Made by a program: the position numbers and the translations under genes. The notes under the pieces are model-generated. The model worked only from the letters and a program-made list of their open reading frames with translations. It was not told the DNA's origin and did not search any database. Shown one piece after another: positions 35,378 to 47,825 of a stretch of DNA of 64,000 bases (the first letter of the stretch is position 1; every line of letters starts with the position of its first letter). The stretch is taken from the NCBI RefSeq assembly GCF_964213995.1, contig NC_135807.1, positions 51,832,001-51,896,000 on the forward strand. Reading direction: 5' to 3'. Source of the stretch: Mustelus asterias (taxonomy: Eukaryota).

Positions 35378-36950
35378 TTTTATTCTTTCATGGGCTATGA
35401 GCAGTTGCTGGCAAGGTCAGCATTTCTTGTTCAATAATTGCTTCTGAGAAGGTGGTGGTGAGCTGCCTTCATAAATCACGGCAGTCCCTGTGGTCCAGGT
35501 ACACCTACAGTGCTGTTAGGAAAGGAGTTCTGGATTTTTAGGTCGTAGAGATGGTGGGTTTGGGAGATGGTGGGTTTGGAAGATGCTTTCAAAGGAGTTT
35601 TGGCAAGTTTCTGCAGTGCATCTTGTAGATTGTACAAACTGCTGCCACTGTGCATGGCTGATGGAATGAGTGAATACTTACGATGGTGAATAGGGTGCCA
35701 ATCAAGCAGGCTGCATTGTTCTGGATGATGTCAAGCTTCTTGAGTGTTGAAATTGTACTCACCAGGAGGTGAGTTAGTCACCACAGAATTCCCAGTCTCT
35801 GATCTGCACTTGCAGCCCGGGTATTTAGTTCAGTTTCTGGTCAATGATAACCCCCAAGATGTTGATGGTTTGGGATTCAGCGATGGTAATGCTTTTGAAT
35901 GTTATGGGAAGATAATTAAATGCTATTTTGTTGGAGATGCTCATTACCTGACAATCATGTGGCACAAATGTTACTTGCCACGTAATAGCCCAAACCTGAA
36001 TTGTTGTCCAAGTCTTGCTGCATATGGACATGGACTGCTTCTTATTTTGGGATTGGGAATGGTACTGAACATTATGTATTCATCTGTGAACGTCCCCATG
36101 TCTGACCTTATGATGAAGGGAATGTCACTGCAGCTGAAGATGGATGGACCTTGAAATTCCTGCAATGCCGTCCTGGAGCTGAGATGGTTGACCTCCAAAA
36201 ATCACAACCACTTTTCTTTATACGGAGTATGACTCTAACCAAATAAACTAATCCAAATTAACAAGGGGACAAATTAAAAGCGGCAGCTCCCAAAAGGAAG
36301 GGAACCACCTGAAACAAAAGACAAAGCAGAAAGGAAACTTAAAACATCAAATCAAAATGTGATTAAATGGGTCAATAATGCACCCCAGCCCCTGCAGTGC
36401 CCAGCGGGCATGGAAGGCGTTAACAGTACCCTCAGACACCGTATGCTCCCTCTCCAGGGACACCCGGCGGTGAATATAGCCGCGGTAGGGGGGCAGACAG
36501 TCGGGCCGGACGACCCTCTGGATTGCCCGCTGCCTGGACTTGTAGATGGCAAGCTTTGCCAGGCCCAGGTGCAGATTCATGAGGAGGTTCTCCCCCTTCC
36601 CCGCGCCCCCCCCCCCCCCCCCCCCCCCCCCCCACCGCACTGGGTGTCCATAGATCAGGAGCATGGAACTGAAGTGCAAACAAAACAGTCTGTAACATTG
36701 AACTTAGACGTGGTCCACAGACTCCAGAAGGTTGCAAAAAAGGCAGATCGCTTGGGAGATTAAACTAAATTAAACCAATTTAACCTTTTATTGTACGGAA
36801 CTGCCATATGCACCACCCTCCACCCCAAGTATGACTCCAACCAATGGAGAGTTTACTCTTGATTCCTACTGGCTTCAACTTTGCTTGGGCCCCATTTGCC
36901 ACATTTGGTTAAATACAGTCTTGATGTCAAGGACAGTCACTCTTGTTGTC
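35378..36950 (-). mobile_element. Second LINE family fragment interrupted by a Tx1 piece
   Basis: Reverse complement of the 27500-28640 sequence; continues after 36828. Confidence 0.72.
36242..36745 (-). mobile_element. Tx1-clade LINE 3' end (same family as 7272-8929)
   Basis: LLIYGHPVR...LGLAKLAIYKSR...SLEREH...QGLGCIIDPFNHILI* and matching 3' UTR. Confidence 0.85.
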
Positions 36951-37124
36951 ATTAACTGGGTGTGGTTATGTTTTCTGTATACATCACTTGTAGGACATGC
37001 TGCAATGTATAACATGGTTCAGAATTAGTTTCAGTTTGTTCTGAGTAAGTGTGTACAAATTTTCCGTGTGTGAAATACTGCTATCAGCATTTCAAGTCCT
37101 TAATAAATGAAATGAGATGGAGAC

Positions 37125-38215
37125 TGTCCACAGTAAACTGAGAAAATCTGCTAATGAAAAAAAACAACTGAAGAACAGTGGAGGATATTTAAATAAACAT
37201 TTAATGCAATACAGAACCAGTTTATACCCCCGAGAAGGAAAAGCTCCACTTCACAGAAAAAGCAGCCATGGACAACTAAAGAGCTAAGGGACAGCATTAA
37301 ACTAAAATCAAGGGCTTGCAAAAACAGCACAGATCCTACCAAATTGGGAAGATACAGAGACCAACAAAGTGGCTTATAAGAGCTACTAATAGGTATTCTG
37401 AAAAGAGACTTACAAGTGACAAGGATCAAGGAAAATAAATTTTATAGTTACGTAAATGGAAATAGGATGGTCAGGAAAAGGTTGGTGCACTAAAGACCAA
37501 AAGTGGATTGTAGATTCCCTAACTATAATGATTCAGGAATCGTCTCCCTGGATTGGAAAATTGCTCCTGTCACTCCACTTTATAAGAAGAGTGAAAGAGG
37601 ATATCCAGTGAATTACATACCAGTTAGCTTAACATCTGTGGTGGGGAAATTGTTGGCGTCTATAATCAGGGATAGGATGACTGAACACCTCAAAAATTTT
37701 CAGTTTATCGGAAAAATCCAGCATGGATTCATGACAGATAGGTCATGCCTGACAAACCTCATTTAATTTTTTTGAAGAGGTGACTAAGGTTGTGGAAGGG
37801 GAATTGTTTATATGAACTTCCAGAAGGTCTTTATTAAAGTCCCGCATAACAGACTGTTAACTAAGGTAGAAGCCCACGGAATTGAGGGCAAATTACTGAC
37901 ATGGCTGGCAAATTGTTGAGTGGCAGGTGATAGAAGGTAGGGATAATAGGTGGGTACTCAAATTGGCGGGATGTGACTAGTGCTGTCCCACAAGGATCTG
38001 TGTTGGGGCATCAATGTTCACATTATTTATTAATGACTTGGATAATGGCATAGAAAGTCATGTATCTAAATTTGCTGAAGACACAAAGTTAGGCGACATT
38101 GTGGACAGTGTAGATGATAGCATAAAATTATAAAGGGATATTGACAGACTTATTCATTTTGGACTGAAAAAGATCAGAATACTTTCAAGATGGTATGAAG
38201 TTAAAAGCAGTAGAT
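37125..38215 (+). mobile_element. Decayed CR1 RT region
   Basis: DWKIAPVTPLYKK, NYIPVSLTSVVGKLL, QHGF...RSCLTNL. Confidence 0.82.
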
Positions 38216-38224
38216 ACCAATTCC

Positions 38225-38625
38225 TATGTTTTAAATATAGTCAATGATGGAGCATCCACAGTCTTTTGGGGCAGAGAATTCCAAAGCTTCCCAACTGATG
38301 ACATTTTTCCTATCTCTGTCCTAAATGATCAACCCCTTATATTGAGGCTATGGTTCTATGTTCTAGATTCCCCAACCAGTGGAAACAACCTCTGTGTCTA
38401 CCTTGTTTAAACCCCCTTCAGAATCTTGTATATTTCAATGAAATCGCCTCTCATTCTCCTAAAATCCAAAGAATTTGGGCCCACTTTATTCAGCCTTTTA
38501 CCTTGGGACAACCTTCTCATCCCAAAGAATATTTTAATGAACCTTTGCTGTACTGTCTCCAATGCAAATATATCCTTCCTTCAATATGAAGATCAAAACT
38601 GCACACAATTCTCCAGGTGTGGTCA
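38225..38625 (-). mobile_element. Decayed CR1 3' fragment
   Basis: Reverse-strand PHLE.CVQF and RGDFIEIYKIL motifs. Confidence 0.7.
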
Positions 38626-38919
38626 TCACATCTTCAATGCTGGAGACCTCATGAGGAGGTCCGGGGTGGATCGTCCTCTCGGCACTTCTGGCTGAACATT
38701 GTTGCTAAAGCTTTCTGTTTTGTGCTGATGTGCTGGGCTTCCCATCATCGAGGATGGAGAAATTTATGTGAAGCCTCCTCTTCTGGTTAGTTGTTTGATT
38801 GTCCACCATAATTCACGACCTGATCTGGTCAGACTGCAAAGCTTGGATCTGATCCGTTGCATGTGGGATGGCTTAGCACCATTGCATGCTGCTGCTGTCG
38901 CGAAGTTTGAGTCCTTTGT

Positions 38920-41900
38920 ATTTCAAATGGGGAAGGAGAAAGAGGATCCCAAAATAATTATTACAAGAAAAGCTTGAGAACACATGCCTGCTAGTGAAGA
39001 ACATAATACTCGACAGACATACGTTTAACTCTACAAACCAAAGATTTGATGAATCGATACAATCTTGAAAATCTTAGCGAAGAAATGTGCATTTGGCACT
39101 TTTACTAATCACAGAATTATTACAGTGCAGACGGAGGTCATCATATCTGGACTAGCTCTCCAAATGAGCATTACGGCTCAGTGCCACTCCCCCGTCTTCT
39201 CCCCATATACCTGCATATTGTTTCTATTCAACTAATCATTCTAATGCCCTCTTGATTGCCTCAATCGAGGTTTCTCATTTTTGTAAACTGCTTCTGTACT
39301 CTCGCCATTGCATTCACATCCTTCCTATAGTGTGGCGCCCAGAACTATATACAATCTTCCAGCTGAGGGCTACCGAGTGTCTTGTATAACCTCCATGCTC
39401 TTGTACATTATACTATATGCTTTATTAACTGCTCTCTCCAATGATGAGATAGTTAGGGATCAGTGTCTATGGGGGTCACAGTGATCTAATCCACAAGCAG
39501 CTGCTGAGGGAGAAAGATTTAACACTACAAATAGCCATTAGTATTTGCATGTTAAATGAGCAGTCTGAAAAAACAACAAGGAATTTAGGTGTAAAATAGA
39601 AACTTTTGTGGTATGGGGCATGTCCTGCCACACTGTACTGGCCATCACCTTCCGAATAGAGCAGCATGTTTGTTGTAGGGTAAACACTGCAGCAAATGTG
39701 GAAAGTGGAGTCATTTCACAAAATGCTACAGACTGAAACCACAGCAGCTTTCCTTTGACAAGAGCTATATTGTAGCTAGTCAGTCCTCCAAGGTTAGCAA
39801 CATCAGCAAAGGAGCTCAGCCAGAGCAATCAAACCACTGAGCCTCCAACAACACACCACAGTGAGAGTGCCAACACCTTCACAGAAAGGGATGAGATCTC
39901 ATCGCCATAAACACGATTTGCAGCAGAGCAAAACTGAAGATAAAAGATTGACACTGGAGCTAAGTATAACATATTGCCCAGCTGGATGCCATGGGACCTA
40001 GACCCATATGCAGTGGATTCCAATGCACAGGTGAACCTCGTGGGCTACGGGGGACATCCCATCCACATTGAAGGTGTGGCCACTCTCCATTGCACACAGG
40101 GCAGCTTCAAGTTTCAGGTAGTCGACCAGAATTTCAAGGCCACTGTTAGTTCTTTAGGACAGCATCATACTGGGGCTCATCCAGCGTGATCCAGAGGTAT
40201 GTGCTTTACAACATCAGGTCCCAAAAATGATAGCATATAAACCTCTTCAACTGCAACGTCATTGGTAAGCTACCGTTAATATGCCACACAAGACTAGATT
40301 ACTCGCGATCAACAGCAGTTTGTGCTCCGAGAAGAAAACCAGTAGTAATGACACAGAAAGTAGTCAATGAGCTGCATCGGGTGATGACACCAGGTGTCGT
40401 TAACTCTCATTGGTGAGGCCACACGATGGTTTCAGCAATGGTGGCTGCAGTAAAGAAAGATGGCACGGTCAGAAAATGCATTGAACCAGTTCACTTAAAC
40501 AAGGCGCTGCTCAGCTCTCATCACCTAATGAAGGCAGTGGGGCAGGTGATGGCAAACCTGCCTAACTCCAAGGTTTTCAGCATCCTGGATGTGCAATGTG
40601 GGTTCTGGCAGATCCCACGAGGTGAAGAATCTTTGAAACTTATAATATTCATGTCTCCAGTGGGCAGATATTTTCTTTGTCTGCCCTATGGGGTCTCCAC
40701 TGTCAGCAGGGTCCTCCAGTGGTGCATGGAGCAAGTCTTTGCAGGCCAGCCCCGCAAAATCATTTTGCAGGGCTGGCCTACAAAATCATTCGTTCTGGTC
40801 TGGGGTTGTACTATGCAAGAAAATGCCTTTGTCTTATCCTCGGTAGAATCAGGACCATACAGCTAACCTTGCTAAGTGCAGGTTCAGGGTCTCTGTGGGT
40901 CATCTGCTCCTAGCCGATGACGTGGAGCCAAATCCAGACAAGATAACGACAGATGGCCATCCCCGTGGACAAGCACACTTTACAGCGCTTCCTTGATATG
41001 ACAAATTATCTTTCTAAGTTTATTCCTTGTTACGTTGATGTCACTGGGCCCCTTCATCAGCTCCTCCATCAAGATGTTGGCAGGAGCACCACACAACGGT
41101 CTTCAACAGACTCAAGCAGACGCTCTCAGCCCCACTGGTATTACAATACTTTGACATTCGAGCACCCATACTCCTAGCAGTAGATGCCTCCCAGCACGAA
41201 CTTAGTGTAGTCTGCATCTAGAATGGCAGACAATAGCCTTTGCATCAAGGGCTCTCACCGACACTGAGACTTGTTACTGAGACACTGAGATCGAAAGGGA
41301 ACTCCTCATTCTAATCTTTGCCTGTTAGAAGTTTCATGACTTATGATGATATGGTCATCCTGCAACAGTTGAAACTGATCGTTAGCCACTCATAACTATT
41401 CTAAAAAAGCCTCTTCCCACTGTGTCTGCACGACTGCAACACATGGTGCTAAAGCTACAATCCTAATGTCCTTTCTGGAGTTTTCCTACCTGCTACAGAC
41501 CAAGCAGGTCATGAGGAAGACATAGACAACATAATAGAGGTGCTGTCTTCTTGTGGAATCCAAGAATCCAGACATATCTTGTAACATGCCTTTACAAGCA
41601 GACATCACATGCATACATCTGCATGACATCATCAAAAGGTGCTGGCTAGTGTCCTCAAGGGAGCTAACCATGAGCTCCACACATTCTTTACCATTAGAGA
41701 TGAACTAACTGCAAACAAATGGACTAATACTGTGTGGCCAGTAATTCTTCATCCCTACTCCTCTTCAGCGGTGCTACACCCAGCAACTTCACCAGGGGTA
41801 CCCTAGGTTGGAAGCAACTGGACACAGGGATTCACCATACTGGCCCTTCATGTATGCCGACATGGAGAGGGAAGTGTCCAGATGTGCACCAAGCACTGCA

Positions 41901-42555
41901 CTTAAGCTGCAACAAACAGACAGCTGCAGCTGCATGAGGTGACATTCAACCTACAACATGGGCCCCTTATGTCAGTGGAACTGGAGGCTCCTCCAGAGGC
42001 CTACGCAACAAGCTCTGCACCCACTGATACGTTGAAGGAACATCCCAGCTTGTCCATGCTGAAACACCAGCCTGAAAACATCTACAGCACAACCAATTGG
42101 CACAATCACACACACAGGACATATAACAAATACAAGGTTCCAAAACCATGTAACAAAGCAGTCCACAAATGGCCTTTGTATTTCTTCTTTACACAACAAA
42201 ACTGGTGGGGTGGGGGAGGGGGATAGCAACAGCTTAACCCATGTTTCAACCTGTATTGTTTGATTAGTCTGTTCAATCTGTATGATATAAAATGGCCTAC
42301 ACACGGTTACCGTTCACACACAACTATTACATCTCAGTACCGCTGGTTATCCCAATTTAAATGGGAAAGATGTAGATAGAGTGGTCACATGATGACAAAG
42401 CTACTTAAAATGGAAGTGCGGGAGTTTTCTCCCGAGTGCAGGCAGAATAGAAACACGTAAGAGCTGCTCTGACTGATGAATGAACCATGTGTTATAAATC
42501 CTTGGTCACCAATCTTTGGAACCCAGCACATCTACAAGGAGTATCCACCAAAACA
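38920..42555 (+). mobile_element. Decayed Ty3/Gypsy LTR retrotransposon (gag-pol remnants and probable 3' LTR) upstream of the first IMPA1 coding exon
   Basis: gag: RHTFNS..Q, LAKKCAFG, DEIVRDQ, QLLREKDLTL. RT: VKKDGTVRKCI...LNKA, FSILDVQCGFWQIP. RNase H: VDASQ..L, AFASRALTDTE. Purine tract aaatgggaaaga then TG...CA at 42371-42555. Interrupted by a CR1 piece at ~39110-39440; no 5' LTR seen. Confidence 0.8.
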
Positions 42556-42902
42556 ATAGTGTACCACAAATAATTTAATTGTGTTCTTAGTTAATTACTG
42601 AAGTCCTTAGAAAGGATAGGAACTGTGTAACACTGGATAGGTGGAGCAAATGTAATGGCCTATTATTGTCTATGCTGGTTATTCTTTACTATTGACTCTG
42701 CTGAACTGGTTAACGTTTGCTGTTTGCATTTTGCAATATCTTGGTTAAGCTCATACTTTTAAGTCTGGGATGACTCCCAGTCTGCATCTATGTCTAAATG
42801 GTCAGGATAAATAACCTTATTTGCTTGAACTATGTGAATGTCCATAACATAGTAATTCTTTCAAATTATGACATGTTTTACACAGAGATCCACAGTTGAA
42901 AG

Positions 42903-42983
42903 ATGTCACAACAATGTGCAGCATCAGATCCATGGCGAGATTGTATGGAGGTTGCAGTTGCTGTTGCCCGACAGGCTGGTACA
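42903..42983 (+). CDS. IMPA1: Inositol monophosphatase 1, first coding exon
   Basis: MSQQCAASDPWRDCMEVAVAVARQAGT; acceptor cacag at 42885; donor GTGAGT at 42984. Confidence 0.9.
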
Positions 42984-45063
42984 GTGAGTAAATGATGAAA
43001 TTGGAATTGTGCATATTTTCCATGTTCAGTAAATCTTGCTCAGACGTCCTAAATTATCTAGGGAAGTTTGCCTTCTGCTAAAATAATGTATTTAAATGTT
43101 CAGCTGGACAATATGTGATAAAATCATTTTGAACTCGGGTTTTTTGCTATTTCATCAGACTAGCTCAGAATTCATGCATAATCCTCATAAACCAGAAGCC
43201 CAAAGTTTTTAATCTGAAGATTAAGCCCTTTGTCGAACCAGAAACTAAATCACTCTCTTGTTCCGTGAGCACAGCTTTATGTTCCCAAGAGACTGTCTTC
43301 TTTCTGAAGGCATGTATTTTATTCCTTCCCATTTTAATTTTGGTCTCTGGCTGTAAGACTGGGTGCTGTTGTCTGCATCTACCTGGCTGCCTCCAGGCCA
43401 ACTGAGTCCCTTAAGTAGCCAATTAATGGACCTCCTCCAGCAGCTGCTGGGATTTAGCCCACAGTGAGTTAAACCCATGCCAAGTGTTCAGCCCGGCAGC
43501 TTCCACTGTTCGGGCTGGTAGCCAGTCAAGATGAACAGTGGTGCCACCTATATAGGCCCTCTGTGTCCATTTGAGTCCCCTGTCCTCCAAGGTCTTTCTA
43601 CTCCTCTCTTTCCCATCACTGAATCCAGGCTGGCAGACCCAACCCAACCATTTACCTTCACAATCGGCCCCTTCAGTGATCACTATTGGGGATGGGATGC
43701 AATCCCGGCAATGGCCACTGTTTCTGGTGGTGCTGCTGGGACAAGAGAGCTATGAGCAATTTGATTGGCTGGCAGCTCTTGGGAGTGGGGCTTCCTCCTC
43801 CAATAGGTGGGTGGATAGCTGTTGAATGGCTGCATGACAAACTGGCCAAGCAAGACTTTTCCCTAAAAATCCTTCCTACTGTTTGTAAGTCTCCTACTGT
43901 GCCCTTAATGTAATTGTTCTTTCAGGCATCCCCTTTAGCAAGAATGACTCCTGCTATGAGTACTTATAATTCTTTGTTGTAGTGTGGAGATCTATTCTGC
44001 AGTTTTATAATAGTTCAAGTGCCATGAGACATGATTTCTTAATCTCAAAGTTATAAAGTTGTCCTTTCCATGATGCAGCTCATGTTCTGATAGTGAAACA
44101 CATATAGTAAGAATGTTTTCTTGTAGCATTGCTTGATGTGCTAGAAATGTAATACATTGACTCTTCCCAATGAATAAGGCCCACCAGAGAAATTGCACAT
44201 GGTCCAAAAACAGCACAAGGAGTTTACTTAAAGAAAACTATGTGGAATTTTATGCCTCATCTGTGAAAGAGTTTGACTTTCATTTGAATTACTGGCAATT
44301 TGAAAGTTAAATTGTATGTTTGTACGATGTTGAGTAATACATGGTCTTGGTTTGTCTCTTGATATGATTTATCATTAAACATTCTGAAGGATTGAAAAAA
44401 TGCTAATCTGTAAACTTCACTTCATAGAATCATACATACACATCATTACGAAGACTCATACATACACTTAAATACATTGGCAAATAAAACCCATAGCTAT
44501 CATGGCTACAGCTTTGATCAGATATCAATTAACAGTGTCACAGTTTTTAAGCGTCAACACTACCACTGATGATGGGGTGTTACATCTCTGCATTGCACAA
44601 CAAATTCTCGGTCATTAACCACCACTAGAAATCTAATCCGTTTTAGCTCATCATCTAGTTTCTTTTTAACTATGAAACCTGTAAAGTTTGAACACAAAAT
44701 CACATATATATGTTGTTGCAAATTTTCCACTTAGAAGTGAAGGAAGCTGGCATAATTAGTTCACAACTCCTGAGAGGGAACAGGCCTTTTCACTCACTAG
44801 TTAAACTGTTAAAATCTTGTATAACGTGATTCACACACATCCTATCTTTATCTACTTTCAAAGTACATTTTGGAATCCGTCTACTGTTAATATATAAATT
44901 TACACAAGTACTGTTATTTGTAGCAATAGCAAGAAAGGATGGAAGCATACTTTCTGATCAGTTGACTATTTACATTTTTTAAAAAATCAGTTTTGACATT
45001 TGAACAAGTGTTGATTCATTCAGAATGATTTTGTTAAATTTCGCATAGGATAGTTTATCTCTT

Positions 45064-45165
45064 TTGAACTTTGACAAAGGGTCATCTGGACTCGAAACGT
45101 CAGCTCTTTTCTCTCCTTACAGATACTGCCAGATCTGCTGAGATTTTCCAGCATTTTCTCTTTTT
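45064..45165 (+). mobile_element. Short Penelope-derived element (family II) with 11-bp TSD and degenerate hammerhead
   Basis: gaact-TTGACAA-a-GGGTC(atctg)GACTC-GAAAC-GTC-AGCTC; TSD gtttatctctt at 45053-45063 and 45166-45176. Confidence 0.7.
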
Positions 45166-45441
45166 GTTTATCTCTTACTTGACTTATCCAAATTGTTTAT
45201 TTGTCAAATTTTTAATGAAATGCAAGGTTTTAGCAAAAATAATTTTAAAAGGCTTGCATCCCTTCTCCCCTCCAAATATTCTTTTAAAATGCAAGAAGTA
45301 GACATTTTTATTCTCAATATATTATATCTTGAAAGAGACTGAAACACAAATTCTTGTTCCTGCAGGAAACTGCAAGTTTGAATGAATGAAACAGCTTCTG
45401 TTAACGTCTCTTTTGTTAAATTACTTATATTTTCTTTATAG

Positions 45442-45575
45442 GTTATTTGTGACGCTTTAAAAAAAGAACACACTGTTCAGATTAAAAGTTCTCCGGCGGA
45501 CCTTGTGACTGAGACTGATCAAAATGTAGAAAAAATGATCATAAACACCTTAAAGGAAAAATTTCCTTCTCACAG
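45442..45575 (+). CDS. IMPA1: IMPA1 coding exon 2
   Basis: VICDALKKEHTVQIKSSPADLVTETDQNVEKMIINTLKEKFPSH(S); AG/GT boundaries. Confidence 0.94.
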
Positions 45576-46129
45576 GTAAAAGATTATCGTAATAATTTGG
45601 GTATGAAGTGTAATTCGGAGCACTACACCACCACATTAGTACGCCACAAAAATATGTTCATTAATAAGTTCCAAATGAAATTTAGTGTATACGCAGTAGT
45701 TTGGGATATTAATCTACATTTGGAATATTCTGTGTACCCTGAACAGAACTTTGTAAGTGTGCAGACCTGTCTCTCTGGCATGATGAGCTAAATGGTCTCT
45801 TTCTGTGCCCTAACTTTTCTATGGTTTGAAGAAAGAGATATTTTTTCTAACGACTAATAGCAATTTTGCCCCATTGATTCTTATAAGAAAAAAGGAAATG
45901 CTGATGTGATTTCACATTCGTCAAAGTTTTGGTTTGTGTGAAAAACATTGGTTCTAGTATGGTAGTCAATCAGTGAATACTTTGAGAACTCGAATTTGTG
46001 GACAAGATTCGGTGTGATGGAAAATAATTATTTGTGACAGCTGATGAAATGTGAAAATGCTGCTGATTCCAAGTAAACTACACGGCGGTTCAGAACTTTA
46101 ATGCCCTCTGTAACTTTTATTTCTTTCAG

Positions 46130-46234
46130 TTTTATTGGTGAAGAGTCCGTTGCAGATGGAGCACCGAGTATATTAACGGACAATCCAACATGGATAATTG
46201 ATCCCATTGATGGGACCACTAATTTTGTTCACAG
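46130..46234 (+). CDS. IMPA1: IMPA1 coding exon 3
   Basis: [34 protein letters not shown](R), containing the IMPase metal-binding motif DPIDGT. Confidence 0.96.
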
Positions 46235-46477
46235 GTATGCTATTTGCCTGAGAAAGGCTTCGTGTTGATGGAGAAGTGTGTACTTTATGAGCTGTATAGA
46301 TCTGACGAATTAAAGCAGATTTTCCAACATGTGCTTGGGGAGTGTTGTCTGAATATGACTCTATTTCTAAGCATCACAACAAAGCTTTAAAACTTTTTAA
46401 AAAGAGATTTCAAGATGATTTGTGTGAAGTTAATTGTAGTGGATATTGTTCGTTCAACTCGGGCAATTTTTTTTCAG

Positions 46478-46523
46478 GTTTCCTTTTGTAGCAGTTTCAA
46501 TTGGCCTTTCTGTGAATAAACAG
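46478..46523 (+). CDS. IMPA1: IMPA1 coding exon 4
   Basis: FPFVAVSIGLSVNKQ; ttttcag / GTAATG. Confidence 0.94.
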
Positions 46524-46689
46524 GTAATGTTTTGCTCTGAATATATTTTCTCGTAATAAATCATTCGATATTGTAAATCAATCGAGACAATTATAAAGCA
46601 GGAGAAAGTTGTAAACTACATGCTGTGAGTTAGCAGGAATTGCTAAGGTTATTGAATTGACATTCAGTTAGATGTTTTAGGATTTATGT

Positions 46690-47280
46690 GCTGCTTGCCT
46701 ACATTGGGCTACCATACCACAACTCAAATTAAAAATTCCCACTCCTGTGTTCAAATCTCTCCACGGCCTTTCATCTCTAAGGGTTGTAAATCCTTGGATT
46801 TCTCGACCCTGAGAGGCTGAGGATAGACAGACTTTTGGTGTCTTGGAATCAAGGGATATGGGGAATAGGCTGGAAAGTGGTGTTCAGGCACAAGATCAGC
46901 TATGGATAATATAGAAGAGCAGGGCAGACCTGAGCCATATGGCCTCCTTTTTTTATGTTTTTATGTACTTTAGTAAACTCCTTCAGTTCTAAAAATCCTT
47001 CACAAGCTCTGCATTCCTCTAACTACGACCACTTGTGCATCCCCCACTTCCTTTGCCTTCAACCGTCCAACTCCTATGCTCTGTAATTAATTCCCTCACT
47101 AAAATTTACTCTTCTACCTCTCTATCATTTTATGTTGTTTAAGACCTACCTTCCTAACCTAGCATTTGGTCTCTTACTCCAATGGCATCTTCTTTGGCTT
47201 GGTATCAAATTTTGACTGATTACCCAGGCGCTTTTACTACCTTAAGGCCAGCATATAAATACAAGTTGTTATTGTTGAAT
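46690..47280 (+). mobile_element. Old L2-like LINE 3' end with nested CR1 tail (~46780-46965)
   Basis: taaaaattccca...ttcaaatctctccacggcct; end ...tataaatacaagttgttattgttg. Confidence 0.5.
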
Positions 47281-47337
47281 TGTATCTCCATGTTTGTTTT
47301 TTTTTTCAATTCAATACGGGCAGCTGTAACAGATTTG

Positions 47338-47657
47338 TGGGCAGCACGGTGATGCAGTGCTTAGCACTGCTGCCTCACAGCACCAGGGACCTGGGTTCAG
47401 TTCCGGCCTCGAGTCACTGCCTGTGTGGAGTTTGCACGTTCTCCCAGTGCCTGCGTGGTATTCCTCCAGGTGCTCCGGTTTCCTCCCACAGTCCAAAGAT
47501 GTGGGGGTTAAGTTGATTGACTATGCTAAACTGCCCCTTAGTATGAAGGGGATTAACAGGGTAAATGTGTGGGGTCAAGGTGATAGGGCCTGGGTGGGAT
47601 TGTGGTTGATGTAATAGGCCGAATGGCTTCCTTCTGTACTGTAGGGATTCTATGATT
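47338..47657 (+). mobile_element. HE1 V-SINE
   Basis: Full head, V domain and tail; ends ~60 bp before IMPA1 coding exon 5. Confidence 0.87.
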
Positions 47658-47716
47658 AAGCTAATATATTTTCTAGTGTACTGAATATCTCATTTCCTGT
47701 TCTAAATTGCATGTAG

Positions 47717-47825
47717 AGTGAAATTGGGGTTGTATATAGCTGTGTGGAGGACAAGATGTACACAGCTCGAAGAGGGCAAGGTGCATTTTGCAATGGGAAA
47801 CAGTTGAAAGTATCTGGACAAGAAG
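47717..47825 (+). CDS. IMPA1: IMPA1 coding exon 5
   Basis: SEIGVVYSCVEDKMYTARRGQGAFCNGKQLKVSGQE; GTGAGT donor. Confidence 0.94.

Noticed and set aside
36605-36633. Poly-C tracts (also ~30140-30160) as functional G-quadruplex elements
   Set aside because: Simple homopolymer expansions inside or beside TE remnants, with unreliable length.
40426-41177. Domesticated Gypsy-derived gene
   Set aside because: Many stops and frameshifts, and the RT YxDD motif is missing.
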